Part shown: positions 37,101-50,796 of the stretch, piece by piece
Layout of the letters: the number at the start of each line of letters is the position of its first letter
Position numbering within the stretch: the stretch's first letter is position 1
NCBI GenBank assembly: GCA_043228905.1
Contig: JBHGNT010000005.1
Coordinates: 13,454,001-13,518,000 of the forward strand
Direction: 5' to 3'
Source of the DNA: Azolla caroliniana
Lineage: Eukaryota > Plantae > Polypodiophyta
Length of the DNA stretch: 64,000 nt
Position numbers and translations under genes: made by a program
The notes under the pieces: model-generated
The model's database searches: none
What the model saw: the letters and a program-made list of their open reading frames with translations, nothing else
Told to the model about the DNA's origin: nothing

Positions 37101-38604
37101 CTCGATGTTTCGGTCCTCCATGCCCGAACTCCCTCATGTCCGCTCGAACCGGCGATCACCGCCTCACCGTCCCCAACCTCGTCCTCAATCGATCTTTCTC
37201 CGTATGTCGAGAGGGTTGCTCGCTCCGCACCCTCTCCCGTGGTACCGATGTACCATTCTCTTTCGGCCTCCTCATCCTCCAATCCGCTCGGTCCCGACTC
37301 CGCAATAAGCCCTTCTTCGGCTTCGATTTGTCCCTCTACGATCTCGTACGCTTCCCACACCAAGGCTTCGATGTTGAGCTCCTCCGAACCGATTTGCGTT
37401 GAGCTCTCTTTCGGCGGTAGTGCGTAGTCGGTCGCCGCTCTCTCTTCTCCGCCGCTCGCGGGCCGCGTTGTGGCCGACCGGCTCTCATCGCATTGTATGC
37501 ACGCCCATTCCACCTCGTTCCAATCTTCGGTGAGGCCGTACGCCCCTTCATCGTCTTCGAGGTAGGGAAAAATGGCCATTCTCCCCCTTTCGTTGACCAA
37601 CTTCAAGAATAGTGGGACCTTGTCCGCCCCCACCGATTCTTGATCCCGGACCGAAAGTTGGGAAAACCGGAGATCGAACTCCCGGAATGCCTTCATTGCA
37701 CTTCGAGGAGCCTTTGCCGACGACACCCATAGATCGAACTCGCGTCGATCGTACTTGTACGCCTCTTCCCGTCTTTCTCTCCTTCTTGCGTAATCCCTTG
37801 CCATTCTCGTAATTACTTCTGCGATGTCTTCGTCTTCCATCTCCTTCCTCCCTTGCCGCCTCTTCACGTCGGGTTCACCAAATATGTCGCGTTGTTACGC
37901 GCGTGCGTGGAGAAGGGTGGGACCACGGGGGTCTTGGACTAAGGAGTAGAGGAGAAGGAATCGGACATGGAATGGAAGCTTTGCTCAAGAAGAAGAAGAA
38001 TGAACAAGAGATTAGATCGAACAAGAGGAAGATGGAGACAAGATGATCAACAAGATGTATTAAAACGAAATGAACGATTACAAAATGGTGGCCGCATAGG
38101 CCGCACCAAACGACTACTCGAAACCCTAACCGTCGAAGATGAAGATAAAGATAAAGAAACCCTAACCCTAACCCTAACGCTCGACCTATGTGGTATACCT
38201 CGCACACTCAAAATAGGCAACCCCCACAATGGTGCCTTCCCTCTCCTTTTATAGCACAAGGAGGGAAGACCGTTTACAAAAGTGAGACTAAAATATCCCC
38301 TTTCATTCAAAGGGGATATTTGCCTTGATTTGGGGAGGGTGAGATTGATGGCCCCTTAACTCCCACCTCCACACAAACAACTAGGTACCTATGTACCACA
38401 TAGTACCTCTCTCTCTCTCGAGCGTGGATGTGCGCACAAGACCACATCACCTTTATACCTTAGGGATCCTATGGGGCATTTCTAGCACCATACACTTTAC
38501 CCTTATTACTATTACAAATACATTATGTACGTGTGCAATGTTGCACATTGCTCTTTGGCTCTCGTTGCTCGGGTTTCTGCTTGTGGACGAAAATCTTCAC
38601 GACA
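34107..38604 (-). mobile_element. non-autonomous LTR retrotransposon (no pol), tRNA-Trp primed
   Basis: 720-bp LTRs 34107-34826 and 37885-38604 (~11 substitutions by eye); 4-bp TSD ACGT; PBS TGGTGAACCCGACGTGAA 37880-37863; purine tract next to 34827. Confidence 0.93.
35529..37867 (-). pseudogene. gag-like N-terminus plus long acidic repeat-rich region, split by a 23-bp duplication
   Basis: ORFs 36758-37867 and 35529-36923 join in frame if one copy of 36793-36838 is removed. Confidence 0.65.
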
Positions 38605-38706
38605 ACGTGCAATGATCGCCCACCTTTCCATCACTTGAATCTCTCGCAAGATATCAATCCTATCTTGTTCTGATAATATCATTGTCCGAAATAGGAGTTG
38701 CATCTG

Positions 38707-41700
38707 TAAAATGTCTCTTTTTGCTAAAAACCCATATTGAGCATTATGAATAATAGAAGGTAAAACCTTATGCAACCTATTGGCCATCACTGTTGCAAAA
38801 ATCTTGTACATTGCCCCCATCAATGAAATAGGCCTCTATTGAGCAAAGGAAGATGGAGAAGGCACCTTCGGCAAAAGCTTAATGAAACCAATCTTCCAAG
38901 AATGAGGCATTTACCCTGATGTCCACACCTTCTGAAATAAAATCGTAAAAGGCCCCTTTAACGTAATCACATATTTCTTAAAGAGTTCATGTGTTAATCC
39001 ATCCCACCCAGGACTCTTATCATTAGCAAGATGTGACATGATATGTTCCACCTCATCCTCTGAAATATTAGCATCTAATGATTGTGCCACATCATGTGAT
39101 ACATGATTTTTCACTCCATTAAAAAATACATCTCTATCCTTTTTAACATTATCATTGATACACACTTGTACATCCAACAATTGTGTATAATATTCTATGC
39201 ATTTCTTCAGAATTTCTTGAGGATCACAACACATGATACCATTTTCCTCTAACCTTACTACATTATGTCGTGCATGTGATTCATGAAGGTCATGAAAAAA
39301 CTTATGTGATTGACAAATAGCATCATCGACTTCTTGTCTTAGACGATGTAGTCTAGCATGCTGATAATTTTTTGCCGTTAGGTCATGCATTGCAAAAATT
39401 AATATCTCTTGATATCCCATCAACTCTACATCCGTTGGCCAATAAGTTAACAATGAGTTGCATTTATCAAGCAAATTAACTAGGAGACTTAATTTCTTTC
39501 TCCTTTTAAAAGCATGGTGAATTCCATAATATCTAGTTAACCTCTGAATATTTGCAACAAATACTTCCCACGCTTCATACCCATCAAATTGAACACGATA
39601 GGCAAATGTATCAATCAATTGACACATATAGGCATGCAAGACCTCATGATCCAAAAATGATGAATTAAAAATCAACGATGGTTTTCCTAAAAACTCATGA
39701 AAACCTCTAATTGAGTGGTGATTGAACTCAAAAATTAATGGGAAATGATCTGATATAATTGACCCATAAGACACTGAAATATCCAAAATCTCTGGTAAAA
39801 AACCTTCGGTATGCATTACATACATTCGATCCAACCTACTCCAAGTATCCTTATATTGAGTCGATTGAAAGGTGTAACCAGGTTCATCTCCCTTGATCCA
39901 TTTCCATACATCCCTTAACATGACTTCAGTCTCAAAATCTCCCCATTCTTGAGCCTCTGGTCCATCCATAATAGAGTGGATAGATGTTGATTGATCTGTC
40001 TCACAACAAACATTAAAATCTCCCATCAATAAACCTGGTCTACCATTATCAAGCACTGAGTTTAGAGATCTCCATAACAACTTTCGTTCTTGTGAAACAT
40101 TTGATGCATACACACCAACTAACCAAAGAGCTTGCCCTTCATAACATATCTCTACCACAATAAATCTTCCAAATTCATCTAAAACAATTACTTTTGGGTG
40201 AAATTTATCTCTTATAAACATGACAATCTCAGAATAATCCCCATGAACCTTGCCAGCATAACATAATGTATAACCCTTAGAATAACTAATTAAACCAGCA
40301 TTACGATGATCTTTATGCTCTACTGCACATAAAACATCCCATTGCTCACTTAACACAATCCTCCAAACCTCATGCATTCTAAATCTAGAACACAATCCCC
40401 TCACATTCCATGTGGTGATCTTCATACTTTATTTTTTCCTTTTATTCGAGAAATCTCCTTCTCCTTCACTGCTAATGTTTCTGCCATATCCTGAAATAAA
40501 TCCCGTAAGATTGCATATGAATTACTATGGGAATGCAAAACTCCAGACCTTGATGGCTCCTCATGTGAACGAGGCACAGATTTTCATTTATTCCAAGGAA
40601 CATACAAATTACCTTTATTATCAAAAGATAATTTCTTTGGATAGTCCTCTTGACGAGCCCATGGTTTATTCCGCATGGGATGTGTCGGTGTGACCTTCTC
40701 CATAGATACATTATGCCCAACATTTTTATTAGACTTCTTCGTCTTTCCAGAAACTATTGACCATTGTCCTTCATCCTCTAGAGTCTTTCCATCCTTTCTC
40801 ATTCACAATTTGTGGTTCCTTTCTTTGCTCTGAAATTGTCAAATCTTGAATCTGATCATGAGTTGTAGGCTCTTCATGTACCACTTCCACTACATTATTT
40901 CTTTTTTGAGGACATTCAGCCATAAAATGCCCCAACACACCACAGTGGAAACAATGTCCTGCAAATGTACCCCATTTAATCCGAAAATACATAGGCGGCA
41001 TACCAGAACATGCAATCTGTAAACAACTTGGCCTCTTTATAGCAGTATTCCAATGAATACACATCCGATATCGATTTTGAGGATTAGCACTAGGAGGCAC
41101 CAAGATCTTTCCCAACTTTTCCATCGCTGACCATAATATTGGCCAAACCACTGAATATGTGCACTCTACCTCAACCCATACGGGACACTCTTGCTTTAAT
41201 ATATCTTGGTATTCCACTAATGGTCTCCACGGAACAATGTGAACCAAACTCTCGTGAAAAACAATATGACCCCTTTATCACAAAAATTAGCAAATGAGCC
41301 CAAAAACTCCTTATTTTCTATTTCTACCTTAGCCACTTCATCGTCAACAAACTCCTCAGCAACTTTCACATTCTCCCTTATACAATCTTCCATTAATATA
41401 TTTGCCATGCATCTTAAATGTTCCCAATGACTATCATCTTTCTCAATATCATCTTGTCGCATTGCATCAGCATAAGACATGTAATTACTATTATCTCCAA
41501 TACATCGTTTTCTTTTACCATCCCCTCTGGGGCTTGATACTGACTCAACCATGCACGCATCCTTTGAAGAATTTGGAGACTCATTCATATTCATGAAAAC
41601 ACTACCATCCATATGACAAGAAATAGGAGAGAGCTCACTTACAAGTAATTGTGTTGGAGAAGGAATCAAAGCAAGCAATCATGAGATGCATGCAGTCGAA

Positions 41701-41870
41701 TGGAATTTTTACTCGTAACGTTCTACTAAGACCTCCAAATGATACTCTTTAGAAAGCTCTATGTGCAGGATTCGAAACAAGCTAAAGAACAAAGGAAACA
41801 GACACCATAGCAAGAAGATACATCAAAATTAGTGTTTGTCCTTCTCCAACATCTCCGAACTTTGCGTTTT
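38707..41870 (-). mobile_element. L1-type LINE #2, 5'-intact and 3'-deleted
   Basis: ORF1 fragments (CFHCGVLGHFMAEC); ORF2 40425-38911 MKITTWNVRG...MGDFN...SDHFP...KSPGWDG; begins at a (GA)n tract. Confidence 0.9.
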
Positions 41871-41896
41871 CTCTCTCTCTCTCTCTCTCTCTCTCT

Positions 41897-44800
41897 TGGT
41901 GAAAACACACAATTATATTAATAAATGTGTGTGAAAAACACTACTTACAATACTTGTGAAAATTGAGTATGGTCACACACTAACCACACTACACTACATG
42001 GGTAGTGGAACATGTTGAATTGCCAATAGGCAAGACGAACACTCCACCGAGGAATGAATTTCCACTTGTTCCAATAAGAAAATTGCCACATTAGTACTCC
42101 CTTCAACTTTCATAGATATGCTTTCACTCCATGTCTACCATCGAATACAAAAGCGTTGCGCATGTTCCAATTATGAGGCAATCCCCAATATCTCAAAAAT
42201 AGGAAAACAATTTCCATCTCTGATTTTGGGTCAGCCTGTGTAAATTGTGCAAACACCCATTGTCTAGGTGTCAAATAACTCCGTGATAAAACTTGCCAAA
42301 TTTGAGAAATGTAACTCCAAATTTGACAAGCAATTAGACATTGTATAAATCGATGAGTACTATCTTCTATCTAAACTGTGCAAAAGAAGCAGGTACCCGT
42401 TGCTAGTCCACGACGCTTTAAAGCTAATTCCAAAGGCAATCCTCCGATCAAAACTCTCCAAATGAATACCTTTGCAACAAGTGGCAATTTAGAATGCCAA
42501 CTACGTTGTAAGATCTGCCACCACCCATGATCAGATTTGTGTATTTTCCATTCTTCTTCAGCCTTAGATGATAACCATCCAAGAGACTCAACGGAACAAT
42601 GATACAAAAGATTAGTAGTCACTTGTAACAATGGTGTTTGACCCATTAAACTCCAATCAATCCACGGTTGTTCTCCTATTTGTAGAGGTAAGGGACCTTG
42701 CATCAATGCAATATTCTGTAGTTGTTGCCAAATAAACCCATAATTAGGCGGGATGCGTAATAATTGTCGTGCTTCAGTAATCTCCAAAATTCTTTGAGAT
42801 GGAACCTCAACTATATCTCCCACCTCTTTGACCCCCAAACGAAACAAACGATTAAATTGAGAACGCAAAGAGTTACAATGCTCTCTACTAAATAATGGTT
42901 TCCATAGACGTAACAAGAGTGCTTCTTGCCATGAGGTAACTAAGTGTTGAACACATGAAGAACCCGGAATCCTAAGTGAAATACATCCATTCAGTAATTG
43001 CCACCATGAAGCCTTAATCGTTGTCCTCCCATGTGTTAAACCCTTGTTCTCAATGAAATATCGAACAATAGATATCCATGGTTGTGAGTTTGAACATATG
43101 TCTTGTAATAATGAAAATCTATGAGCCATCATATGCATAGATAAGTTCAATATTCCAACCCCCCCCAATCGCTTAGGGGTTGCTAGATGATTCCAAGCAA
43201 TCCATGTGATTCCCATCTTATCCCTCTTCTTCCACAACAAATATCGAAGAGGTTGCAAAACAAAATTCGCCTTCTTTGTCCATGGCAATAATGGCAAGTA
43301 ATATAATATCATGGGTTCCATAATACATTGTACAACCTTCAAGCGAACATGAAATGGCCAAGATTGTGACTTCCAATACATGAACTTATCCCTCAACTTA
43401 CTAGACATCCATTCAATCAATTGACCATTTGTAACATTCATTCCTAATGGATAGCCCAAGTGTCGAAAAATAGAGCCTTTCTTCACCACGGATCCTTGCC
43501 ATCCTAAACATTCCAAATCCCTTTCAGTGCATGATATGAGACTAGAGTTCCTCCAATTAATATGTAATCCGGAAGCCAATGCAAATTGATTCCATACAAG
43601 CATCCCCTTCTCAAGATTCTCCCGTGAGGCTTGTAAAAACATGAAAGAATCATTCGCCAAAGCTTGTGCTACTATTTGCCCTCCGGACGGAAGGTGTAAA
43701 CCCACAATGTCACCATTTATTGCAAGTCTTGATAGCACCACTAACAAAGGATGAGTAACAATAGCAAACAACAATGGGCTAAGAGGGCATCCTTGACGAA
43801 CAGATCTTGTGAGGGAAATATTTGATGTAACTCCCCCATTAAGCATTACTCGAGACACTGCATCTTGTCCTAATAAAAATATGAGGCAAGACATACGAGG
43901 TCCAAAGCCCATTGTATGCATTAACCCAGAAACAAAAGACCAATTAACATGATCATAAGCTTTCTCCAAATCTAATTGCACCATAATCAATTCTTGATGA
44001 GTGTTCCGAGCATAATCCATGGCCATTTGAACATTCAACACATTATGCAATATATTTCTACCTGCAATAAAACCATATTGGGCGGGGTGTATCAACTTTG
44101 GCAAATACTTTTGTAATCTATTTGCCAAGACCTTCGTAAATATCTTGTACAACCCCCCCATCAAAGAAATAGGTCTCCATTGATGAAATGACTTAGGAGA
44201 TGCCACCTTTGGAACTAGTTTAATTAGATCAACCTTCCAAGCTTGAAGCATATGACCAGAATCCCAAGAATGTTGAAACATCAAAGTTAAGGGCCCCTTT
44301 AAAATGTTCGAATATCTCTTAAAAACTTCATTGTCAAGCCATCCCAACCAAGGCTCTTACCACTAGAAAGATGCCTTAAAACTGTGCCCACCTCATCCTC
44401 AGTGAAATCCGCATCCAATTCATGACTAATGAGGTCATGCACAATATATCCAACCACATCATAAAACTCATGACGTCCCCTACTCACCTCATTTGTCATT
44501 AACAATCGTGGGCCAATCAACTCCTTAAAGTAATGAACACATATGTCAATTATTGTAGTAGGATCCTCTATCCATTCATCCCCTTGCTTCACATGTACCA
44601 CATTAGATCGAGCATAGGTAGGATGTAACGCTTGGAAAAACAAATGAGATTGACATTGATTATCTATGAGCCCATCCCTCAGTTGTCGCATCTTCGCATA
44701 CGATAACTTTGGCATTGCAACTGAGAAATAATAACATGCAATTGACTTTGGATATCCAAAAGCTCCTCATTTAATGGTGCATGTATAATTAATGCATTAC

Positions 44801-47272
44801 ACCTGGAGAGAACTTGTGAGAATTGTCGAAGAAGACCCCTTCTTCATTGAACATTAGTCATTCCATACATACGATGAATGATCTTAATGTTTCATAACGT
44901 GATATCCCATGTTGTAACTCCTGTAAGATTCACTTCTTGTGAAAAATTTACCAAAATTTGGTCCATCAGAGAATCAAAGTGAGGTTGAAGCAAAAGAGAA
45001 GAGTTAGAGCGTAATAGAGGCTTTCCAAGTAAGGATTTATACATGTCAATTGCATGATTATAAACCTCCAAACAAATAGGAAAGTGATCTGAAGTTTCTA
45101 CATCTTGTAGAACTTTCATATGAAGTAATGTCGGTAAAAAAGAATCATTGTGCATCACATACATTCTATCTAACTGATTCCATGTTTGTCTATGTTGAAA
45201 AAGTGATTTCTAGAACCAAAAACCGACCATAAGGATAATTATGCACCACTTGAGGATAATATTTATCCCACATTATTAATACCACACCTGAATAATGATT
45301 ATTAAGATGTCCTGCATAGAATGATGAATATCCAAGTAAATGAATTGTGGATCCTGCTAGCTCATGACACTTATGCTCAACTGCACACAATACATCCCAT
45401 TCTTTACTTAACAAAGTTTCCCATAATATATACTTCTTATGAGGAGAACATGCCCCTCTCACATTCCATGTTACCACTTTCATTCAATCAACAATGTTAT
45501 GGGTACACTTGCTCCTTTAGAGCAACCGATGTCATGAAACTAGTCAAAGCATGCTCCAATGTTGCATATGGATTTTCATGCACCACATCCTTAGGGTTGT
45601 CTATCGAAATCTTTTGTTTAGGTTCTTTCTCTTGATTAAAACCTCGAGAATTTGATGAATTTACAACCAGTCCCAATGAATCAAATTGAAGGTGAAGGGT
45701 CTCACAAATAATGGGCAAACTATTACGTTGCATATTCATTGATTTCCCCTTTGACTTGCCCTTAACCTGATGCCAATCCTTTTCAACAACAATATCACTA
45801 CTAGTTCTATCCAACGGTTTTTTCCTCTTATCTATAACCACCAAACTTTGTTTGTCCATTTCCATAGATTGAGTTCCCTTATTCTTAGGGCCCAAACCTT
45901 GAAGTGAAACCTCTTTATAACCTGCTCTAGATGATGTTCCTTTATCCATAACAACCATAGTATTTGACACACCAACATCTCTCCCAACTCTGTCCTTACC
46001 ATTCTGTTCATTAGGAACCTCTATAGTTAAAGGACAACGACGATGGCATTCTGCCATAAAGTGACCCCATTCACCACATCCAAAACAATGACCTGCAAAT
46101 GTCTCCCACTTCAATTTAAAACAAAGTCTTTTCATATCAGGTGTGTTCATACACACCCATCCTGGCCTCTTACGACTTGTATCCCATAACACACAAAATC
46201 TACACTTATTTGTAGCATTTGCATGTGGAGATACCAACACTTTACCCATTTGACTCATCAACTCTGGTAAAAGTGCCCATAAAAAAGCATGCTTACAATC
46301 CACTGTTACCCAAACAGGGCATTCTTGTTTTAACAAAGCATGATAGTCCACAACGGGGGACCATTGCATTACATGCACCAATCGTTTATCAAAAAACACA
46401 AGAACTTTAGCCAACAATGCACTTCGATGTTCCAGTGAGCGAAACACTACATCGTAAAACCTTCGTGGTCCTGCATATATATTTTCAACACAATTTGGTG
46501 ACACGATTGTGTTCAACCATTGTTTAATCCAATTAATATATTGGAGTTTCCCGGTAAAAAATAATATAACCGCACGATCATAGAGTACATCAAAAGATTG
46601 CAACACTGCCTTAGCATCAACTTCCACATCATGCACATCCTCATCAACGCATTCTTTTGCTTCATTTTCATTTTCTTCCACAATATCAGACAACTAGGTA
46701 TTGGATATTCCCCATAAATTATCCCAATTACAATTATCCTTGTCAACCTTATCTACATGTATTACTCCGGCATATGTCAATTTTTTCTCATTAATTTCTT
46801 CAATACCCTTAAACCTCTTAGAGCTTCCAATTTCTTCCCTTTCACAATTACCTTCAACCATCACATTAATCTTTTCTTGATCAATTGTTTCCATATCGGT
46901 TTCCCCCATAATTTGTGAGGAATTCATGTTTATATCCATTCTTAAGGTAATATCATGCCGGAATAAAAACAAATTTCCATGAACAAGAGATACAACCGGA
47001 ACTCACCCGATTGAAGAGGTCGAAGATGATGAAGACAATGGAAGACCCGCAATGTGTGTTAAGTATGTGGATGCCGAAAACACAAGATTCCTTATTTCTA
47101 TCGCTGCTTCTCGTATACAACACCAAATTTAACTTGTTATATCTCGTTACAAAGCTCTAATCGAGGGCTTTCTAACACTTGTCTTTGTGCCCAATTCCAT
47201 TGTCGATAGAAAGTGCAACAACAAAAACAAATTCAATTCTTCTTCTTCCCCTCTCCACTCTTGCATTTTTCT
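41897..47272 (-). mobile_element. full-length L1-type LINE #3 (degenerate), flanked by (CT)n on both sides
   Basis: ORF1 46972-45497 (one stop); ORF2 45483-~41994 with EN, RT (LDLEKAYD, RQGCPLSP) and a CCHC-type finger; 3' end ...AATATAATTGTGTGTTTTCACCA then (AG)n. Confidence 0.92.
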
Positions 47273-47300
47273 TCTCTCTCTCTCTCTCTCTCTCTCGCTT

Positions 47301-48390
47301 TATCATAATTAGCTTACCCTAGTGGTAAGTTGATAACATTACAAGCACCGTGTCTTGGGTTCGAAACCCAATTTCTTCACCTCCCAATTATATAGTTTAT
47401 AAGTATCTTTATTTCACTAGATGCCATTGTGGAATGTATCAACCCATGATGCCATTGTGGAATGTATCAACCCATGACCACCTGGTCTCCATTGGGCAAC
47501 CTTACCAACTGAGCTTCATATCTCTCCTCTCTTTCTTTTCTCTCTCTCTTTAATTTCTCACATGGTATCAGAGCAACATACATCACATTAGATAAGTAAT
47601 ACGTGAATAAATAAGCGGCATACATCATGTCAGATTGATCCGGGAAATCTATACAAGATGTCGACGACCACCGATATGGAAAACCAATCAAAATTTGTTG
47701 GAAATCCAATCAATGTTGCATCAAGAAATCAAATGGCAAGAAAGTATGTGGTGGAGCAACTCACAGACCACAATTATAGAATGTGGACAACGAGAATGGA
47801 GTTAATTCTCGAAAGAACAAATCTTAATTTAGGAATCGCAAATGGTTCTGAAGTCATTCCATGAACAGAACCTGAATTGAGCGATTGGAAAAGTAGAGAT
47901 CTAGATCCAAGAATGGAGATAATTATGCATCTAGGTGATCGACAAGTTGATCATGTTCGAAGTCTTGGATCCGCACGAACAATGTGGGATCATCTTCAAC
48001 AATTACACCAACCCTCCGACGGTGTACGACCAAAATCTTCTCCTATTGAACCCTAATGAACATGGAGATGCGTGAAGGAGAACCAACGGACACCGTCATA
48101 AGCAATTGGCAGAAAGACAACTAGATGCTGCAATCTCAGGAGGTAACATTATTGATGAAACATCAAAATGTAAAATACTAATGGGTTCCTTGCCAGAATC
48201 ATGGATCACATTCGTGAGCATCCATAGCAACGAGTCTCAATCTCCAAACCTCGATGGTGAAAAATCAAGCAAGACGAACTATGAAGAAAGAAACCAAATG
48301 GTCAAACAGACACAAGTCACATGGCAATGGCAGCGTCCATGAGACACCATTAGCAAGGCAATTGTTACAAAGGCAATAATCCTCAATTTT
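47301..48390 (+). mobile_element. copia 5' fragment (LTR ~47301-47562, PBS, decayed gag)
   Basis: TGGTATCAGAGC 47563-47574; EQLTDHNYRMWTTRMEL; 28-bp tandem duplication at 47421-47476. Confidence 0.75.
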
Positions 48391-48790
48391 TTCTCTAAAT
48401 GTTGACATCCATCTCCTTCGGTGAGTATCACTTCCCTTGATCCTTTTGCAGATATATGAATAGAAGAAGATCTAGCGATATGTATTATAAGAGCATTTGA
48501 TATTATGAAGTGCATACCACACCCTCAAGTTGTGCGCTGCTCATAGTTTCATGACATTAAACAATTCCTCGCACCAATGATTCACACTTTGACATTAAAT
48601 TGTGAATACTAGTTTAACACAATGGAGCCATGATATAAGAAACAACAACAACAACAACAATAATAATAATAATAGTAGCAATAGGAATATTAATAATCAT
48701 GATGATGGCTCAATTTGTAAAGGAGAGTACATTATTTATTTACTGAGAGGGAAGTGAAATTGTAAATCATATACTGGGACCACTCCTTTT

Positions 48791-50368
48791 TCAGACAGCA
48801 AGTTTGTCGTCCCCATCTACTTCATTCTCCCCAGTGATCTCCTCGAGCGATCGACCATTCGTCTCTGGCACGAGGAACGTGAAGAAAAATCCTAGAGCAT
48901 TGATGACGCCCAGAATGAGTAGGGACGTGCGGACGCCAACACCATTGGGATATCCGGCATCTTGCTGACCAGGAATCTTGCTTTGTGCGGCATAAAGGAA
49001 GCCAAATGCGCCGATAATGGCCCCCGCCTTGCCGGCCGCAGCCGAAATACCGTGGCATGTCGATCGCAGCCGCGCCGGGAACACCTCCGCAGGAACAATG
49101 AAGGTGGTGCTGTTGGGACCGAAGTTTGCAAAGAAGAATGTGAAGGCGTACAGCACCACGAACGTGATGCGATGGTTCTTCTCCTTGAGTGTGTCGTAGG
49201 GAATGGCCAAGCCCAGCATGAAGGCTGTCATCATGAAGAAGCCCATGAGCTGGATTTTGAATCTCCCCAGTATGTCAATAAAGGCGACGGTGAACCAGTA
49301 GCCGGGGACAGTGGAGCAAAGCGCGATGAGCGCCTGCGCTTTGCTGATCTTGAACACCTCCTCCAGCGCGCTCATGGTTGCGGCCTTTGGCAGCCACTCG
49401 ATGGCCGTCAACACGTCCTTCTGGAACAGGTTCTGGCTGTAGAAGGCGATGTCCAGCAGGAACCAGGTGCTTGTTGTTCCCAACAGATGCAGCCCATGCC
49501 GTCGAACGAATTCTGCTGAGAACAGCCCGTACTTCTGGCTTTGGTCTGACCGGATTTTGTCCACCTTCTCTTGCTCCGCATTAAGCTCCACCGCCAGGAC
49601 TTTGGTCATGTCTTGAGCCGCTTGCTTTGCATTCCCTTCCACCAGTGCCGTATAACGAGCAGTCTCCGGCATCTTCATCCGCCAGTAGTACGTCAGCAAT
49701 GCTGGTATGGCCCCCAACATGAACACCAGCCGCCACACGAAATCCGCTTGCTTCGGTGTTGAGCCCACACGGTCTACACTGTAGGGTGGGCGTGGGTCAG
49801 CATTATTGAAGGCAGAGGAGACAATGATGGAGACTGTGGCCCCCGCGAGGATCCCGGTGCCCTGCATCGCGAACACTGCGGCAATGAATGCGCCACGCGT
49901 GCGCTTGTTTGCATACTCCGACATGATGGTCGCGGACAGAGGATAATCGCCACCGATCCCAAAGCCCAGCCAAAAGCGGAAGAAACAGAGTGTGGTCATC
50001 ACAGACTTGGCAGTATGGCCGAAGGAGAGCGAAGATGCGATAGAACATACGATCATGAGGAGGAGTGTAACACCGTACACCTTCTTGCGCCCCAATTTGT
50101 CGCCCAGCCAACCAAAGAAGAGTTGCCCAGCGAGCGTGCCACATAGGGCGACACCATTGACGGCTGCAGAGACATTTGGGGGCAAGGTTCCTGGTTTAGC
50201 ACTGTCAGGATTGAAGTAGTAGATGCGGCCTAGGAGCTTAGTCACGGTGGAGATGCAGAAGAGATCATACGCATCGGTGAAAAACCCCATTCCCGCAATC
50301 ACTATGGCAGTGAAGTGGTACCATTGCGTCTTCGCCTTGTCCAATGCCGTCAAAACCTCCAACGCCAT
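48791..50368 (-). CDS. PHT1: PHT1-family inorganic phosphate:H+ symporter (MFS), 525 aa
   Basis: Signature [13 protein letters not shown]; [24 protein letters not shown]; FFFANFGPN; intact single-exon CDS typical of PHT1. Confidence 0.98.
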   Translation of the reverse strand: MALEVLTALDKAKTQWYHFTAIVIAGMGFFTDAYDLFCISTVTKLLGRIYYFNPDSAKPGTLPPNVSAAVNGVALCGTLAGQLFFGWLGDKLGRKKVYGVTLLLMIVCSIASSLSFGHTAKSVMTTLCFFRFWLGFGIGGDYPLSATIMSEYANKRTRGAFIAAVFAMQGTGILAGATVSIIVSSAFNNADPRPPYSVDRVGSTPKQADFVWRLVFMLGAIPALLTYYWRMKMPETARYTALVEGNAKQAAQDMTKVLAVELNAEQEKVDKIRSDQSQKYGLFSAEFVRRHGLHLLGTTSTWFLLDIAFYSQNLFQKDVLTAIEWLPKAATMSALEEVFKISKAQALIALCSTVPGYWFTVAFIDILGRFKIQLMGFFMMTAFMLGLAIPYDTLKEKNHRITFVVLYAFTFFFANFGPNSTTFIVPAEVFPARLRSTCHGISAAAGKAGAIIGAFGFLYAAQSKIPGQQDAGYPNGVGVRTSLLILGVINALGFFFTFLVPETNGRSLEEITGENEVDGDDKLAV

Positions 50369-50384
50369 TTCCAGAGTTGTAAAC

Positions 50385-50706
50385 CTGAAATGAATACTAT
50401 TATTATCAAAACATGATCATCATGAGGAACGCAGCATGAATACATTGACAACCTGCAATATATATATATATATATATATATATACGCTACTCAGTACATA
50501 GTACATACTTGACATGTTCAGAATGGACATTATGTATGAAGAAGCACGCTGTTGAGATAGATGGCTAAATTGATAGATAGATTTTAATATCGTTATTGGA
50601 GGTCAAGTATGATCTATGATACCAAAAAATGTACGCTATTAAGGTAACATGAGAGAGAGAGAGAGAGAGAGAGCGCACAATTGAAAGGCAAAGAAATAAA
50701 ACTTAC
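50385..50706 (-). other. predicted 5'UTR intron of PHT1
   Basis: GTAAGT donor at 50706; TTTCAG acceptor ending at 50385, 16 nt before the ATG. Confidence 0.65.
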
Positions 50707-50796
50707 AAGTTGAATTAAAAATGTTGATCAGGTTGGAGAAATGGGAGAAGAGGGGAACCTTGGGTATGTTGAGTAGAAACCATAAGATCCCACCTG

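Larger units (their letters stand above)
31507..38706 (-). mobile_element. L1-type LINE #1 (degenerate), interrupted by an LTR element at 34107-38604
   Basis: ORF1 with knuckle CFGCFGFGHLAKHC; ORF2 start MDKLNILSWNVQG at 32834; endonuclease GGGFN, SDHYP; RT start. Confidence 0.85.

Noticed and set aside
34613-37427. Many overlapping + strand ORFs
   Set aside because: Expected from stop-codon scarcity in GC-rich DNA antisense to the cargo ORF
37863-37880. tRNA-Trp 3' end with CCA as a tRNA gene
   Set aside because: Only 18 nt, adjacent to an LTR: it is a PBS
47311-47371. Possible tRNA gene
   Set aside because: T-arm only; no acceptor or anticodon stem; reported as a tRNA-like LTR module instead
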